64,000 nt of DNA from Treponema sp. (GCA_016283615.1 JAEENG010000071.1:4768-68767), one strand, 5' to 3'. Positions 37,673 through 48,208 are shown, numbered from the stretch's first letter. Numbers and translations: made by a program. The notes: generated by a model from the letters alone, not told the origin.

Positions 37673-38995
37673 TTAGTTAGATTCTTTTGAAAGAATAATA
37701 TTTGTTACAATACCAAGAATCAAAGCACAGGCAACTGTACGGATCTGAATCTGGCCAAAACTTACAACCATTCCGCCGACACCTGTAATGAAGATAATTG
37801 ATGCAACGAAGAGGTTTTTGTTTTTGTTCAAATCAACAGTCTGGAACATTTTGAATCCGGATACTGCGATAAAGCCGTACAATGCTATACAAACACCGCC
37901 CATTACACAGTTTGGAATTGTTTCGAGGAATGCAACGAGAGGAGAAATCATTGAGAACAAAATACAGAGTGCGGCACATCCCCAGATGGAAATTGTTGAA
38001 GCGTTGCGTGTGATTGCAACACAACCGATTGATTCGCCGTAAGTTGTATTCGGACAGCCGCCAAAGACTGTGCTGACCATTGTACCGATACCGTCTCCGA
38101 GGAGGGTGCGTGTAAGACCTGGTTCTTCGAGGAGGTTAACGCCTACGATTGTAGAAAGGTTTTTGTGGTCTGCGAGGTGTTCTGCAAATACTACGAATGC
38201 TACCGGTACGTAAGCCGCAAAGATTGTAAGAAGGTAAGTTCCTGTAATTCCCTTTAAGCCTGCGCTGCCGCCCATTAGGAAGGTAAACTTAGGCAGGGCA
38301 AAGAAACCTTTAATGTTTTCGATTGCTGAATAGTTGATAACTATAAGGGACGGTATTTCTCTGAGAGTGCCAATCAGTGCAAAGATTGAAGCAAGAATGT
38401 AGCCGGCAAGAATTCCAAGGATGAATGGAATGAGGCGGCCGAGTGTTTTGCCGTAAGTTGAACAAAGCATTGTCACAAACAAAGTTACAAGACCGCAGAT
38501 AAGAGCAACATAAGGACTTCCGCCTTCAACTGTGCTTTTCATAAGGTCGCTGACTGCGTTTGGAGCAAGGCTCAATCCGATGATTGCAACTGTTGGTCCG
38601 ATGATTACCGGCGGCATAAGTTTATCAATCCATGAAACACCGCAGAATTTAACGATTATTGCGATAATTACATAAACCAGACCTGCCATAAGGGCACCGA
38701 TGATAAGTCCCCAGTATCCGATCTGAACTGATGCTGCACCTGCAAATGCGCTGAGCATTGAACCGATAAAGGCAAATGAACTTCCCAAAAATACAGGGCT
38801 TGCGCTTTTTGTGAAGAGGAGGTAAACAACTGTTCCGACACCTGCACCAAAGAGGGCAGCAGACGCTGTAAGGCCGTGTCCGATGATGGCTGGAACGGCG
38901 ATTGTAGCAGCCATAATGGCAAGAAGCTGCTGAATAGCAAACAAAAGGACTTTGCCAAAGCTTGGTTTATCCTTGATACCGTAAATTAATTCCAT
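37673..38995 (-). CDS. uraA: Uracil/xanthine permease (NCS2)
   Basis: FLGSSFAFI, EHLADH, LLGDG, PNTTYGESIG signature. Confidence 0.85.
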   Translation of the reverse strand: MELIYGIKDKPSFGKVLLFAIQQLLAIMAATIAVPAIIGHGLTASAALFGAGVGTVVYLLFTKSASPVFLGSSFAFIGSMLSAFAGAASVQIGYWGLIIGALMAGLVYVIIAIIVKFCGVSWIDKLMPPVIIGPTVAIIGLSLAPNAVSDLMKSTVEGGSPYVALICGLVTLFVTMLCSTYGKTLGRLIPFILGILAGYILASIFALIGTLREIPSLIVINYSAIENIKGFFALPKFTFLMGGSAGLKGITGTYLLTIFAAYVPVAFVVFAEHLADHKNLSTIVGVNLLEEPGLTRTLLGDGIGTMVSTVFGGCPNTTYGESIGCVAITRNASTISIWGCAALCILFSMISPLVAFLETIPNCVMGGVCIALYGFIAVSGFKMFQTVDLNKNKNLFVASIIFITGVGGMVVSFGQIQIRTVACALILGIVTNIILSKESN

Positions 38996-39021
38996 TTTTT
39001 ATATACTCCGGAGATTTATTC

Positions 39022-39057
39022 AAAAAAAATACCCGATAGAAACTTCCATCGGGTATT
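39022..39057 (-). terminator. Intrinsic terminator of the lipoprotein gene
   Basis: AATACCCGAT...ATCGGGTATT stem with an A8 run (U tract on the - strand). Confidence 0.8.
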
Positions 39058-39074
39058 GTTCAAATCAAACTAGA

Positions 39075-39647
39075 TTATTTCTTAGTGAACTGGATGAAGT
39101 CGATCTTCATTCCGTTTTCACCTGGTTTGTTTGGTTTGTTAGGGTCGTTCTGAACGATCTTAACAGTTACAGTTGTTTCTGCATCGAAAACAAGTTTCAT
39201 TGGTGTACGTGTTGTCAATTCATATGTTCCGATTGGTGGATCAGAAGGGAATGTACGATAGTATTTGTCACCAACTACTACGTTGAATGCGTCGTGGTTT
39301 CCATCTGGAGCGTCTTCGTTAACGAGACCTTCATATGTACCAGCTGGGAAAGTTACGATAGCTTCTGCGAATGAATCTGGTCCGAGAAGTTTTCCAGCCC
39401 AACCGCCAGATGCTGATGCATCAGCGAATACGAGGAATTCATCATAGTACATGTTTTCAAGTTCGATCTTGAGAACATCACCAGAGAATGTGTACTTTGG
39501 TGCTTCTGTAGCTACTGCAGGTTTTTCTGATGCTGCAGGTGCTGCAGCTGCTTCAGATGCAGCAGGAGCTTCAGATGAACCACAAGAAGCAAACATTGCA
39601 ACTGTTGCAATTGCTGCGAGTGTTGAAACGATTTTGTTCAATTTCAT
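39075..39647 (-). CDS. Lipoprotein with Ala-rich linker and a beta-sandwich (CBM-like) domain
   Basis: GGAGG SD, ATG 39647, lipobox MFAS-C, APAASE linker repeats, C-terminal KIDFIQF strand. Confidence 0.8.
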   Translation of the reverse strand: MKLNKIVSTLAAIATVAMFASCGSSEAPAASEAAAAPAASEKPAVATEAPKYTFSGDVLKIELENMYYDEFLVFADASASGGWAGKLLGPDSFAEAIVTFPAGTYEGLVNEDAPDGNHDAFNVVVGDKYYRTFPSDPPIGTYELTTRTPMKLVFDAETTVTVKIVQNDPNKPNKPGENGMKIDFIQFTKK

Positions 39648-39730
39648 TTTTATCTCCTCCATTTGAGATATTTCTAGTATAATCACCTTACCGCTTTTTA
39701 TACTGTCTTAGTTTTGTAATTTTCCGTTAT

Positions 39731-41827
39731 TTAATTAGGTTTGTAAGTGAATCCTGGAACAATAGGCGCCTGGAACCTTTTTTTCATCTGGGCAAAAAAA
39801 TCTTCCGCAGTTTTTAAATCAACTTCTTTTTCGGGTTCGGCGTACTTTACAAGGTTGGCCGGAATTTCATCGAGGAATCGGCTTGTCTGGGATTCTACAA
39901 CGGACTGCATGCGCCGGCGCTGGCGGCAGGCAGAAATATAAAGCTTATCGCGTGCGCGGGTGATTGCAACATAAAAGAGGCGTCTTTCTTCTTCAACAGC
40001 CTGCTGGCCGCCTTCGTCCACGGCCCTTCCGTGGGGAATCAGGCCTTCTTCACAGCCTGCGATAAACACAACAGGGAACTCAAGGCCTTTTGACGCGTGA
40101 ATCGTCATTAAGTTGACCTTACCCTTGTCGTCATCGTCGTCCATGTCGTCGCGGGAGAGGAGTGTAATCCTGTTTAAATAGTTATAGAGATTAGGATCTG
40201 AGGTTTCCGGGTTGTTTTCCCACATTTCCATGGAGTTAATCAGGGATTCAATATTCAGATACTTGAACCGGGCTGCCTTTTCGGACTTTGGGTTTTCGGC
40301 AAGCAGATAATCAAAGTAGCGCACCTGTTCAACCATGGCGCGCACCTTTTTTGCAAGACCGTGTCCACCCAGCATGGTTTTGTTGTCTTCGATAATCGAA
40401 ACAAATTCTTTAAATGAATCCTTTGTGGCTTCTCCAAAGTCGGCAAAGGATTCGGTAAGGCCTGTCTGGTCCATTGAATTCAATAATTCTTCTGCCTTGT
40501 CATCTCCAAGTTCAAGAATAGACTTCATCGCTTCGTAAAGTGAACAGCCAAGGTTCCTTGAAACCGTGTTGAGTTTTTCGATCGCACTGCGTCCGATTCC
40601 GCGGCGGGGCGTGTTTATGATGCGCAGAAGGTTTACGTCGTCATCGTGGTTTGCGATTACGCGGAGATAACTTATAATGTCCTTGATTTCCTTGCGCTGG
40701 AAAAACGAAGTTCCGCCGCTCATAACGTAGGGAACGTTCTTCTGCAAAAATGCTTCTTCAATCGGGCGGCTCTGTGTGTTTGCGCGGATTAAAACGCAGA
40801 AATCGTCGTATTTTCGTTTTTCGGTTACAGCAAGGGACAAAATTGTATCTACGATAAAATCTGATTCGGCGGTCTCGTTGTCGCTCATCTGAACTTCAAT
40901 CGGCTTTCCTTCGCCGTTGCCGGACCAGAGTTTTTTGTCTTTTCTGTTTGTATTGTGCTGGATTACGCCGTTTGCCGCCGCAAGAATTGTTCCTGTTGAA
41001 CGGTAATTCTGTTCAAGGCGGATTTCCTTTACATCCGGAAAATCTTTTTCAAAGTTGATGATGTTCTGGTAATCGGCCCCGCGCCAGCTGTAAATGCTCT
41101 GGTCGTCGTCACCAACTACAGCAACGTTTTTGTCGGATAAAAGATGCATGAGTTCATACTGCTGGTGGCTCGTATCCTGGAATTCATCAACCATGATATA
41201 TTTGTAGCGGTCTTTGTAGGACTGTAAAATTTCCGGAAACTCGCGGAAAAGTTTTATAGGAAGAACGATTAAGTCGTCAAAGTCTACTGCATTGTAAAGT
41301 TTGAGTCCTTCTTGATATGCTTCGTAGAGCTGCCTGTAAATTTCGTTTTCGTGGTTCCATTGTTTGCGGCCTGTCTTGATGTCGGAAATTAAAATTCCAA
41401 TCTGGTAAATATCAAGCTGCTCTGGTGAATATCGAAGTTCGCGGCCGGTTTCCTTAATCAGGGCGTTCCGGTCTGTTTCGTCATAAATGGAAAAGTTTTC
41501 CCTCCAGCCGAGTTTAGAAATGTCCTGTCTCAAAACTTTTACACCGAATGCGTGGAAGGTTGAAATTGTTAAAAACGGAAGCTTTTTGCCCGTAAGTTCG
41601 CGGATTCGTTCGCTCATTTCGCGGGCGGCCTTGTTTGTAAAGGTAAGTGCGAGAATCTGACTCTGTGGGATTCCTTCGTTGAGCATGTGTGCGATACGGA
41701 AAGTGATTACGCGTGTTTTACCGCTGCCGGCTCCGGCGATAATCAGAATCGCGCCGTCAGTTGTCATAACCGCTTCGTACTGCTCGGGGTTGAGTTCATT
41801 TTTTAAGTCAGATAAATCTGCTGCCAT
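39731..41827 (-). CDS. UvrD/Rep/PcrA superfamily 1 DNA helicase
   Basis: AGAGSGKT, DEFQD, VGDDDQSIYSWRGA, LEQNYRS, TIHASKGLEF, EERRLFYVAITRA. Start moved to ATG 41827. Confidence 0.95.
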   Translation of the reverse strand: MAADLSDLKNELNPEQYEAVMTTDGAILIIAGAGSGKTRVITFRIAHMLNEGIPQSQILALTFTNKAAREMSERIRELTGKKLPFLTISTFHAFGVKVLRQDISKLGWRENFSIYDETDRNALIKETGRELRYSPEQLDIYQIGILISDIKTGRKQWNHENEIYRQLYEAYQEGLKLYNAVDFDDLIVLPIKLFREFPEILQSYKDRYKYIMVDEFQDTSHQQYELMHLLSDKNVAVVGDDDQSIYSWRGADYQNIINFEKDFPDVKEIRLEQNYRSTGTILAAANGVIQHNTNRKDKKLWSGNGEGKPIEVQMSDNETAESDFIVDTILSLAVTEKRKYDDFCVLIRANTQSRPIEEAFLQKNVPYVMSGGTSFFQRKEIKDIISYLRVIANHDDDVNLLRIINTPRRGIGRSAIEKLNTVSRNLGCSLYEAMKSILELGDDKAEELLNSMDQTGLTESFADFGEATKDSFKEFVSIIEDNKTMLGGHGLAKKVRAMVEQVRYFDYLLAENPKSEKAARFKYLNIESLINSMEMWENNPETSDPNLYNYLNRITLLSRDDMDDDDDKGKVNLMTIHASKGLEFPVVFIAGCEEGLIPHGRAVDEGGQQAVEEERRLFYVAITRARDKLYISACRQRRRMQSVVESQTSRFLDEIPANLVKYAEPEKEVDLKTAEDFFAQMKKRFQAPIVPGFTYKPN

Positions 41828-41948
41828 AGAAATGAGATTATAGTTCAAAATAAAAAATTAAAAAAGCATTTGAATAATGAAAGTCTGTGCCCGTCTGTAT
41901 TATGTGGATAATTTGAAAAACTCCGGATTAAACCATATAATAGGAACG

Positions 41949-43214
41949 ATGAATACAGACGAGTTTTTTGCAAAACATAATTTTAAAAGCGTGATGATTA
42001 CTGATGCGCTTGTAAAAGAAATGACAGGCGCGTTTACACAGGATAAAAGTTCAAAAGACAAGGGACGCGGCCCCGACATGTTTAAAACCTGGATGGACGT
42101 CCCAAAAGCAATACCTTCAGATACAAAAATAATTGTAATCGATGCCGGAGGAACAAACTTCCGCTCATGCCTCGTGACGACCGGCCGGGATGGAAACTTT
42201 TCTGTGACTGATTTTAGAAAAACCTCTATGCCGGCCCTGGACAGAGAGTTTTCAAGGGACGAGTTTTTTAACGCGATTGCAGACAATATTGATTACTTAA
42301 AAGACAAAGCTTGCAGAATCGGATTCTGTTTTTCGTACGCAATGGACATTACAAAAGACGGTGATGGAATTCCGAACGCGTTCAGCAAAGAAATCAAGGC
42401 GAAAGCCGTTCTCGGTCAACCCGTAGGTAAAAACCTGCTCCAGGTTCTCCGTAACCGCGGCTGGAAAAACATAAAATCTATCAAATTATTGAATGACACA
42501 GTTGCGGCTCTCCTTGCAGGCTGTGCAGGTTCAACACAGAAAAATTACCGCTCCCACATCGGTTTTATTCTTGGAACCGGAATTAATGCGGCATTTGTTT
42601 ATAAAAACGACGATTTAAAAATAGAACGGCAGATTATCGTAGAAGAAATCGGAAAGTCTGTGAGCGTTCCTTTGAGTGATTTTGATATTGAATTTGATAA
42701 AACTACAGAAAACCCGGGCCAGTATCCGCTTGAAAAATGCTGCTCGGGCGCGTATATGGGCGGGGTAGTTCTTACATCTCTCCGGGCAGCCTGTAAGGAA
42801 GGACTTTTTAGTCCGGACGTTTCGGATTCAATTTTAAAAATAAACTCACTCAGTACAATCGAAGTAAACAATTATTTATCCGGAGAAAAAAGCCTGTTTG
42901 ATTTTGTTAAGGAAGAAGGCGACAAAAAAACTCTCTTTGCAATTATGGACGCTTTTGTTGACAGGTGTGCAAAGATTGCCGCTTCCATTATTGAATCAAG
43001 CCTGATTTTGACCACACAGGGCGGCTCAGAAAATCCGGACTCAAGCGTATGCGTTTTGTGCAACGGTTCAACTTTTTATAAGATGCATACATTAAAAGAC
43101 CGGATTGAATTCAATCTGAATCAGGGTAAAGCAGTTCAAAGCGGTATAAAATTTGAATTAATGAGTATGGACGACGACATTTGCATCGGAACTGCCGTTG
43201 CAGGACTTGTTTGA
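41949..43214 (+). CDS. Hexokinase (eukaryote-type family)
   Basis: IDAGGTNFR, GFCFSY, LNDTVA, ILGTGINA, EKCCSGAY; promoter TTGAAA-N17-TATAAT 7 nt before ATG 41949. Confidence 0.88.
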   Translation: MNTDEFFAKHNFKSVMITDALVKEMTGAFTQDKSSKDKGRGPDMFKTWMDVPKAIPSDTKIIVIDAGGTNFRSCLVTTGRDGNFSVTDFRKTSMPALDREFSRDEFFNAIADNIDYLKDKACRIGFCFSYAMDITKDGDGIPNAFSKEIKAKAVLGQPVGKNLLQVLRNRGWKNIKSIKLLNDTVAALLAGCAGSTQKNYRSHIGFILGTGINAAFVYKNDDLKIERQIIVEEIGKSVSVPLSDFDIEFDKTTENPGQYPLEKCCSGAYMGGVVLTSLRAACKEGLFSPDVSDSILKINSLSTIEVNNYLSGEKSLFDFVKEEGDKKTLFAIMDAFVDRCAKIAASIIESSLILTTQGGSENPDSSVCVLCNGSTFYKMHTLKDRIEFNLNQGKAVQSGIKFELMSMDDDICIGTAVAGLV

Positions 43215-43231
43215 TTAATCCAGGGTGTTTT

Positions 43232-46132
43232 ATGAAAAGATTTTTTTTGATTTTTAGTTTTGTATTCATTTTTACGGCAAGTCTTTTTTCTTACAGCGGA
43301 GTTTTAGCCGGAACAAAGGGCGCCTTAAAAGTTTATAAAACAGAGTATTTTGACATTATTTTTCCTGCAGAGTGTGAAGAAGCCGCAAGAAAAATCGAAG
43401 CAGTCTGTGACTCCTACTATCTTGAAATCTGCGAACTTTTTGAAACAGAGCCTTACCAGCGCTTTCCTGTAACCATTACAAAACAGCTCGAACAGATTAA
43501 CGCGTACTTTGCCCTTGTTCCTTATAATAGAATCGTTCTGTTTGATACAGCCACTTCGGAAGGAATCAATAATAACCAGAAAACTCTTGAAACAATTTTT
43601 TACCACGAACTTACACACGCGGTAACAATGAATATCAAGGCGGGCTTTTTTAAGGCAATGTCATTTTTTTCAGATGCATTTACTCCGTCGCAGCTGACTT
43701 TGACCACATTCTGGCTTGAAGGCGCTACTGTTTCTACAGAAGGTCTTGAGCGCCATGACAGTGTCCGCGGCGGCCGAATGAATGACCCGTATTCAACTCA
43801 GATTGTTTATCAGGCAAAAATTGACGGTGTAAAACCATCCTGGCGTGACGTTACAGGAGCACGTGATACTTATCCGGGCGGAACTGATGCTTACATCTGG
43901 GGAGGCTCTTTTGCAAAATACCTCCAGGAAACTTACGGTTTTTCAAAATACGCAAAATTCTGGTATACGGCAGGACGCTCTCTGAGCCTGAGTTTTTGTG
44001 CCGGAGTATTTAAAAAAACGTACGGCAGAAACCTGACCGATGTCTGGAATGAGTTTTATGCACAGCTGGATCCGCCGGAAGTAAAACCTCTTTCTCAAAA
44101 AGATTATTTATTCAGAAAGCAGAAAAAAACTCTGTATTCAAATCTGGAAGTTTCAAAGGACCAGAATACACTTGTTTTTATGGACACAAAGTCTGCAAGC
44201 CTTAAAAAATCTGTATGGGACGAAAAATCTCAAAAATACACAAAACCAGAGAAGATTATGGCAGTAAGCGGTGTCTCTAAGTTGAGTTTAAGCAGTGACG
44301 GACGCTATGTTTTAATCAGCCGTCTTGTTTCAAAGTCCAACACCAAGGCAGAACTCACTTTGTTTGACATTAAAAAGGGCAGAAAAATAAATATTGCAAA
44401 TGAATCCCTGCGCGACGGTGTAATTCTTGACGCAGATGAAAAGTGCGTAAAAATTGCCGCGGTAAAGGTTGCAGAAAATCCTTATTCAATTTGTTTTTAT
44501 ACGGTTGAATTAAAAAGCTCTGACGTAAAATTTGATAAAAAATTAGTGCTTAAAACTGACGAAATTCCGTTCAGCCTGACAAGCCGCGAAGGAAATCTCT
44601 CTTACATAAGTAAAAAAGGTCTGCGCTGGTCAATCGCAGAATATGATGAATCATCACAATCCGTAAATAATATTTTTGTTCCGGATGATGATTATCCTCT
44701 TAATATGCGTTCCCTCAGATATCTTGGGCAAAAAGACGGACAGAACTCTTATTCGTTCGGCTATGCAAGAATCGGCAAAAGCGGAAAAATGTTCAGCCGC
44801 GCAGGCTTTTTGAACGGAAATGTCTTTGCCCTTGGAAGCGAGGATTATGATGGAAGTATTCAGGAGCCGGTTGTAATCAGGGGCGACTGTGGTGACAGAC
44901 TTGCCTTTTACGGTGAGCATTATGAATACGATGTACTTTACGCATTGAATATTAATGATATTCAACTTGAATTTGTGCCGGGTCAGACAGAAACAGCGGC
45001 TTACGGGGAAACAGGCGGCCCTTCTGTAGAAGCCGTTCCGTCCCTTATAAAAGAAGAGCCGGCCGCAGAGCCTGAAAACGACTCTCACACTGAAACAAAA
45101 ATTCTTCCGGAAGCAGAAGATTATAAACCTATGCACTATGCAAAAAACGGAGTAATTTTACCGTGGGGAAGCATCTATATCTATGACTTTGATTTTGATC
45201 TGGATGCGGCTCCTTCTTACGGGGCAAGTTTTATAACTTCAAATCCGTGGGGAGACAAAATTACAACTGTCAGCACCGCATTTGACTTTGCAACTTTACA
45301 GGGCGGTTTTTCCGGGCAGATGCAGACCGGACACGATTCCTTTAGTTTTGTTGAACAGGCAACTGTAGTCTTTGATAAAAAAGGGTTCATGCAGGCTTCA
45401 GGATCCGTAAATACGGCAGCCGTCCTGTATCACGGATATGTAAGTTCAATTACAGCAGGACTTGGCGCTTTGGGCCTTTACGGCCGCGAATACGTTGATA
45501 AAGACGAAGAAAGAAACGGAAGGACAAAGGATGCCAAAGGATATTATGCCCAGGCAAAAGCTCTTTTGACTTACAGTAATATCCATAAAGTTGCGCCGGG
45601 CTATTACCAGTATGCGGGTTTTAAACTTACTCCTTTTGTCTGGGGGGCTTTAAAGGATAATGACTACAGAATTCAAAAAGACGAACAGTATAATGCGGGT
45701 GCAACGCTTGGAATCAGGCTTCCGGGCTTTGTCCCTCTTTCTTTGAGTGCCACATTATTCCCTAAGATGGACTATTTTGCCGAAGGCGGAGCGACGGCGG
45801 TTTTATTCAATAAAGAAATTCATAAGGGAATTCCGGCTCTTTCTCTTTTTGCACAGAGGCTTTCCTTTATGACAAGTTACAGCGGACAGATTAAATATAA
45901 AAGTTCGGATAATTTTGATATTCAAAAAGTGGATTCGATTGCCGGAGACTTAAAGAAAGAAGATTATAAAGACACACTTGCTTTTACTGTTGAATTGACA
46001 CTGGCGCCCAATACAGGCTTTCTTGCCACAAGTGAATGCAATTTTGGACTTGCGGCATCAGTTTTGTACCACTTTAACGGTGTGAACAAAGAAAAATGGG
46101 ACTACCGGATTAACTTAAACCTTGCCTGGTAG
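43232..46132 (+). CDS. Large exported protein: HEXXH metallopeptidase domain, beta-propeller and putative C-terminal beta-barrel
   Basis: Signal peptide, YHELTHAV plus WLEG, propeller-like repeats (LSLSSDGRYVLIS), acidic linker, amphipathic strands ending YRINLNLAW. Confidence 0.7.
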   Translation: MKRFFLIFSFVFIFTASLFSYSGVLAGTKGALKVYKTEYFDIIFPAECEEAARKIEAVCDSYYLEICELFETEPYQRFPVTITKQLEQINAYFALVPYNRIVLFDTATSEGINNNQKTLETIFYHELTHAVTMNIKAGFFKAMSFFSDAFTPSQLTLTTFWLEGATVSTEGLERHDSVRGGRMNDPYSTQIVYQAKIDGVKPSWRDVTGARDTYPGGTDAYIWGGSFAKYLQETYGFSKYAKFWYTAGRSLSLSFCAGVFKKTYGRNLTDVWNEFYAQLDPPEVKPLSQKDYLFRKQKKTLYSNLEVSKDQNTLVFMDTKSASLKKSVWDEKSQKYTKPEKIMAVSGVSKLSLSSDGRYVLISRLVSKSNTKAELTLFDIKKGRKINIANESLRDGVILDADEKCVKIAAVKVAENPYSICFYTVELKSSDVKFDKKLVLKTDEIPFSLTSREGNLSYISKKGLRWSIAEYDESSQSVNNIFVPDDDYPLNMRSLRYLGQKDGQNSYSFGYARIGKSGKMFSRAGFLNGNVFALGSEDYDGSIQEPVVIRGDCGDRLAFYGEHYEYDVLYALNINDIQLEFVPGQTETAAYGETGGPSVEAVPSLIKEEPAAEPENDSHTETKILPEAEDYKPMHYAKNGVILPWGSIYIYDFDFDLDAAPSYGASFITSNPWGDKITTVSTAFDFATLQGGFSGQMQTGHDSFSFVEQATVVFDKKGFMQASGSVNTAAVLYHGYVSSITAGLGALGLYGREYVDKDEERNGRTKDAKGYYAQAKALLTYSNIHKVAPGYYQYAGFKLTPFVWGALKDNDYRIQKDEQYNAGATLGIRLPGFVPLSLSATLFPKMDYFAEGGATAVLFNKEIHKGIPALSLFAQRLSFMTSYSGQIKYKSSDNFDIQKVDSIAGDLKKEDYKDTLAFTVELTLAPNTGFLATSECNFGLAASVLYHFNGVNKEKWDYRINLNLAW

Positions 46133-46185
46133 AAAAAAATGGTGTAAAATAAAATATTGTTTTGAGTTTTCTTTGAGGTGGGGAA

Positions 46186-46815
46186 ATGGCTAGAGGAAAC
46201 GGATTAGGAAAATCTATAGTCTTACTTTTATTAATCGCAATCATCATTTTAGGCGGACTTTTGTGGTTCGACTATCTCGGCATAATTCAGGCAAAGTCTG
46301 TTTTTGCGCCGGTTTATAAACTTCTGGGCAAGCAGACCCAGACTTCTGTAACTGCAACTTCAACAAAACCTCTTGAAGCTGACCTAGACAGCGACCGCCT
46401 TGCAAAGCGTCTGGAAGCGCTGGAAATCCGCAAACAGGAACTGGATAAAAGGGAACAGGACATCTCCAGAACAGAAAGTGCAAACGAAGCTGTTGCAAAG
46501 GAACTTGAAGACAGACAAAAAAGTCAGGAAGAAAGAGAAAAAACATTCAACAATGAGGTCAAAAAGTACGATGATAGAAATGTTAACATCGAACAAATTT
46601 CGACCTATTTGACAAGTATGCCGCCAAAGACAGCCGTCGAACAGCTGATGGGAATGGATGATCAGGATGTAATTGACATCTTCCGTAAAACAGATGCTCT
46701 GGCTGCCGCTGCAAGAACTGCGTCAATGACTTCGGTTTGGCTTATGAATATGCCTGCTGAACGCGCCGCAGTCATCCAGCGAAAAATGGCAAGCAAGCCT
46801 GAGTCTTTAGACTAA
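46186..46815 (+). CDS. flbB: Periplasmic flagellar collar protein FlbB
   Basis: N-terminal TM (GGLLWFDYLG), coiled coil, MgtE_N-like MPP...MPAERAA; located before fliK-flgD-flgE as in spirochaetes. Confidence 0.8.
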   Translation: MARGNGLGKSIVLLLLIAIIILGGLLWFDYLGIIQAKSVFAPVYKLLGKQTQTSVTATSTKPLEADLDSDRLAKRLEALEIRKQELDKREQDISRTESANEAVAKELEDRQKSQEEREKTFNNEVKKYDDRNVNIEQISTYLTSMPPKTAVEQLMGMDDQDVIDIFRKTDALAAAARTASMTSVWLMNMPAERAAVIQRKMASKPESLD

Positions 46816-46870
46816 GCGTCATTCCTGAAATCGGCCGGAATCTTCGATTTTTACATTGGAGGTCGTGCCG

Positions 46871-48202
46871 ATGCAAGCCGTTCAAATCGAGCAGCTTTTA
46901 CCGCAGATTCAATCAGTACAAGTTTCTCCTCAGGACCTGAAAACGGGCGATACCCGTTTTATGGACGAATTGCGTTCATTGCAGGAAAACGAAGATAAAC
47001 TTGCTGAACTTCCTGAAAAGGAAGAAAAAACTGCAGTAAAGGAAAAAGCAGATTCAAAAAAAGACGTTGCAAAAGAAACTCCAGAAGAAAATCAGAAAAA
47101 TGAACCGGAAGAAAAAGTTGTTTCATCTGCAGAACTTGCTGTAAAACAAATGCTTGAACAGCGTTCAGTTCAGAAGGACAATAATGAACTTCCGGAAGAT
47201 GAGCATCAGCTTGTTGTGGAAACAAAAAATGACAGGCTTGTAGTTCCGAACAAACTTAAGTGGCTTTTTGAAGTAGAAGGCAAAAATTCATCGGAAAACA
47301 ATATTGATGATGAACTTGCCGCTTTGATTGAAGGCGCTCAGGAATTTGTTCCGGGGCTTGAAAGCGAAGAAGAGCTTTTGACCAGGGCTCAGAATTTTTC
47401 TGTAACTTCTCCACGGGAATTTCTTGAAAACGCAGAGAAAAATGGTGTCCAGGTAAAATTTGCTCAACACGAACTTTCTGAAGATAAAGAAAGTTTTTCA
47501 AAGTTGGCAAAAAAGGACAAAAAAATCAGTCGTTTCGAAGTTTCGGATTTGAGGACTGTTAAAGCAGAATCAAAAAATCCGGATCAGGTAGTTCATAAAA
47601 GCCAGCAGAGAAAAGAATTTGAACTTTCTTATAAACAGGAAAGCAAAAATTCAATTCAGGTGACAATGGACCTTTCAAAAGCCGCTGAACAGAATATCAC
47701 TTCTTCAAATCAGCAGAGTGCTTCTGCAAATGGTTCAACTTACCAGGCAATGCTGTCAAACGCCGTAATCGACAATGCTCCGGAATTTGTAAAAGCCGGT
47801 TCAATTGTTTTACGCGACAACAACCAGGGAAGTATCAATCTCGTTCTTCACCCGGAAAAACTCGGAAATGTAAAAATCAATCTTTCACTTTCTGACAAGA
47901 TAATTTCGGGCCAGATTACAGTTCATTCAAAAGAAGCATACGAAGCAATCAAAGACAGCATTGCGGCTCTTAAAAATGAATTTGCACAGAACGGTTTTGA
48001 AACTGGTGAATTCAATCTGAACTTAATGAATGGAAATGAGCAGTTTGCCCAGAATCATTCAAATTCACAGGCTCAGGACCAGCAGGCACAGTTTAAGGCT
48101 GACCGCGCTTACTCTGAATATGTGGCAGTTATTAGTTCAGAAGAAGCAGCTCCGGCCGCTTACCAATACGGAAATGATTATTCTGTAAATATTGTTGCAT
48201 AA
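46871..48202 (+). CDS. fliK: Flagellar hook-length control protein FliK
   Basis: C-terminal motif LVLHPEKLGNVKINL; GGAGG SD before ATG 46871; synteny with flgD. Confidence 0.85.
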   Translation: MQAVQIEQLLPQIQSVQVSPQDLKTGDTRFMDELRSLQENEDKLAELPEKEEKTAVKEKADSKKDVAKETPEENQKNEPEEKVVSSAELAVKQMLEQRSVQKDNNELPEDEHQLVVETKNDRLVVPNKLKWLFEVEGKNSSENNIDDELAALIEGAQEFVPGLESEEELLTRAQNFSVTSPREFLENAEKNGVQVKFAQHELSEDKESFSKLAKKDKKISRFEVSDLRTVKAESKNPDQVVHKSQQRKEFELSYKQESKNSIQVTMDLSKAAEQNITSSNQQSASANGSTYQAMLSNAVIDNAPEFVKAGSIVLRDNNQGSINLVLHPEKLGNVKINLSLSDKIISGQITVHSKEAYEAIKDSIAALKNEFAQNGFETGEFNLNLMNGNEQFAQNHSNSQAQDQQAQFKADRAYSEYVAVISSEEAAPAAYQYGNDYSVNIVA

Positions 48203-48208
48203 AAAAAT

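Noticed and set aside
36507-39700. Possible genomic island at tRNA-Arg
   Set aside because: No integrase, no visible duplicated tRNA 3' end (att site) and no obvious compositional shift.
41903-41911. DnaA box (TGTGGATAA)
   Set aside because: A single intergenic copy with no cluster and no dnaA/dnaN; expected by chance.
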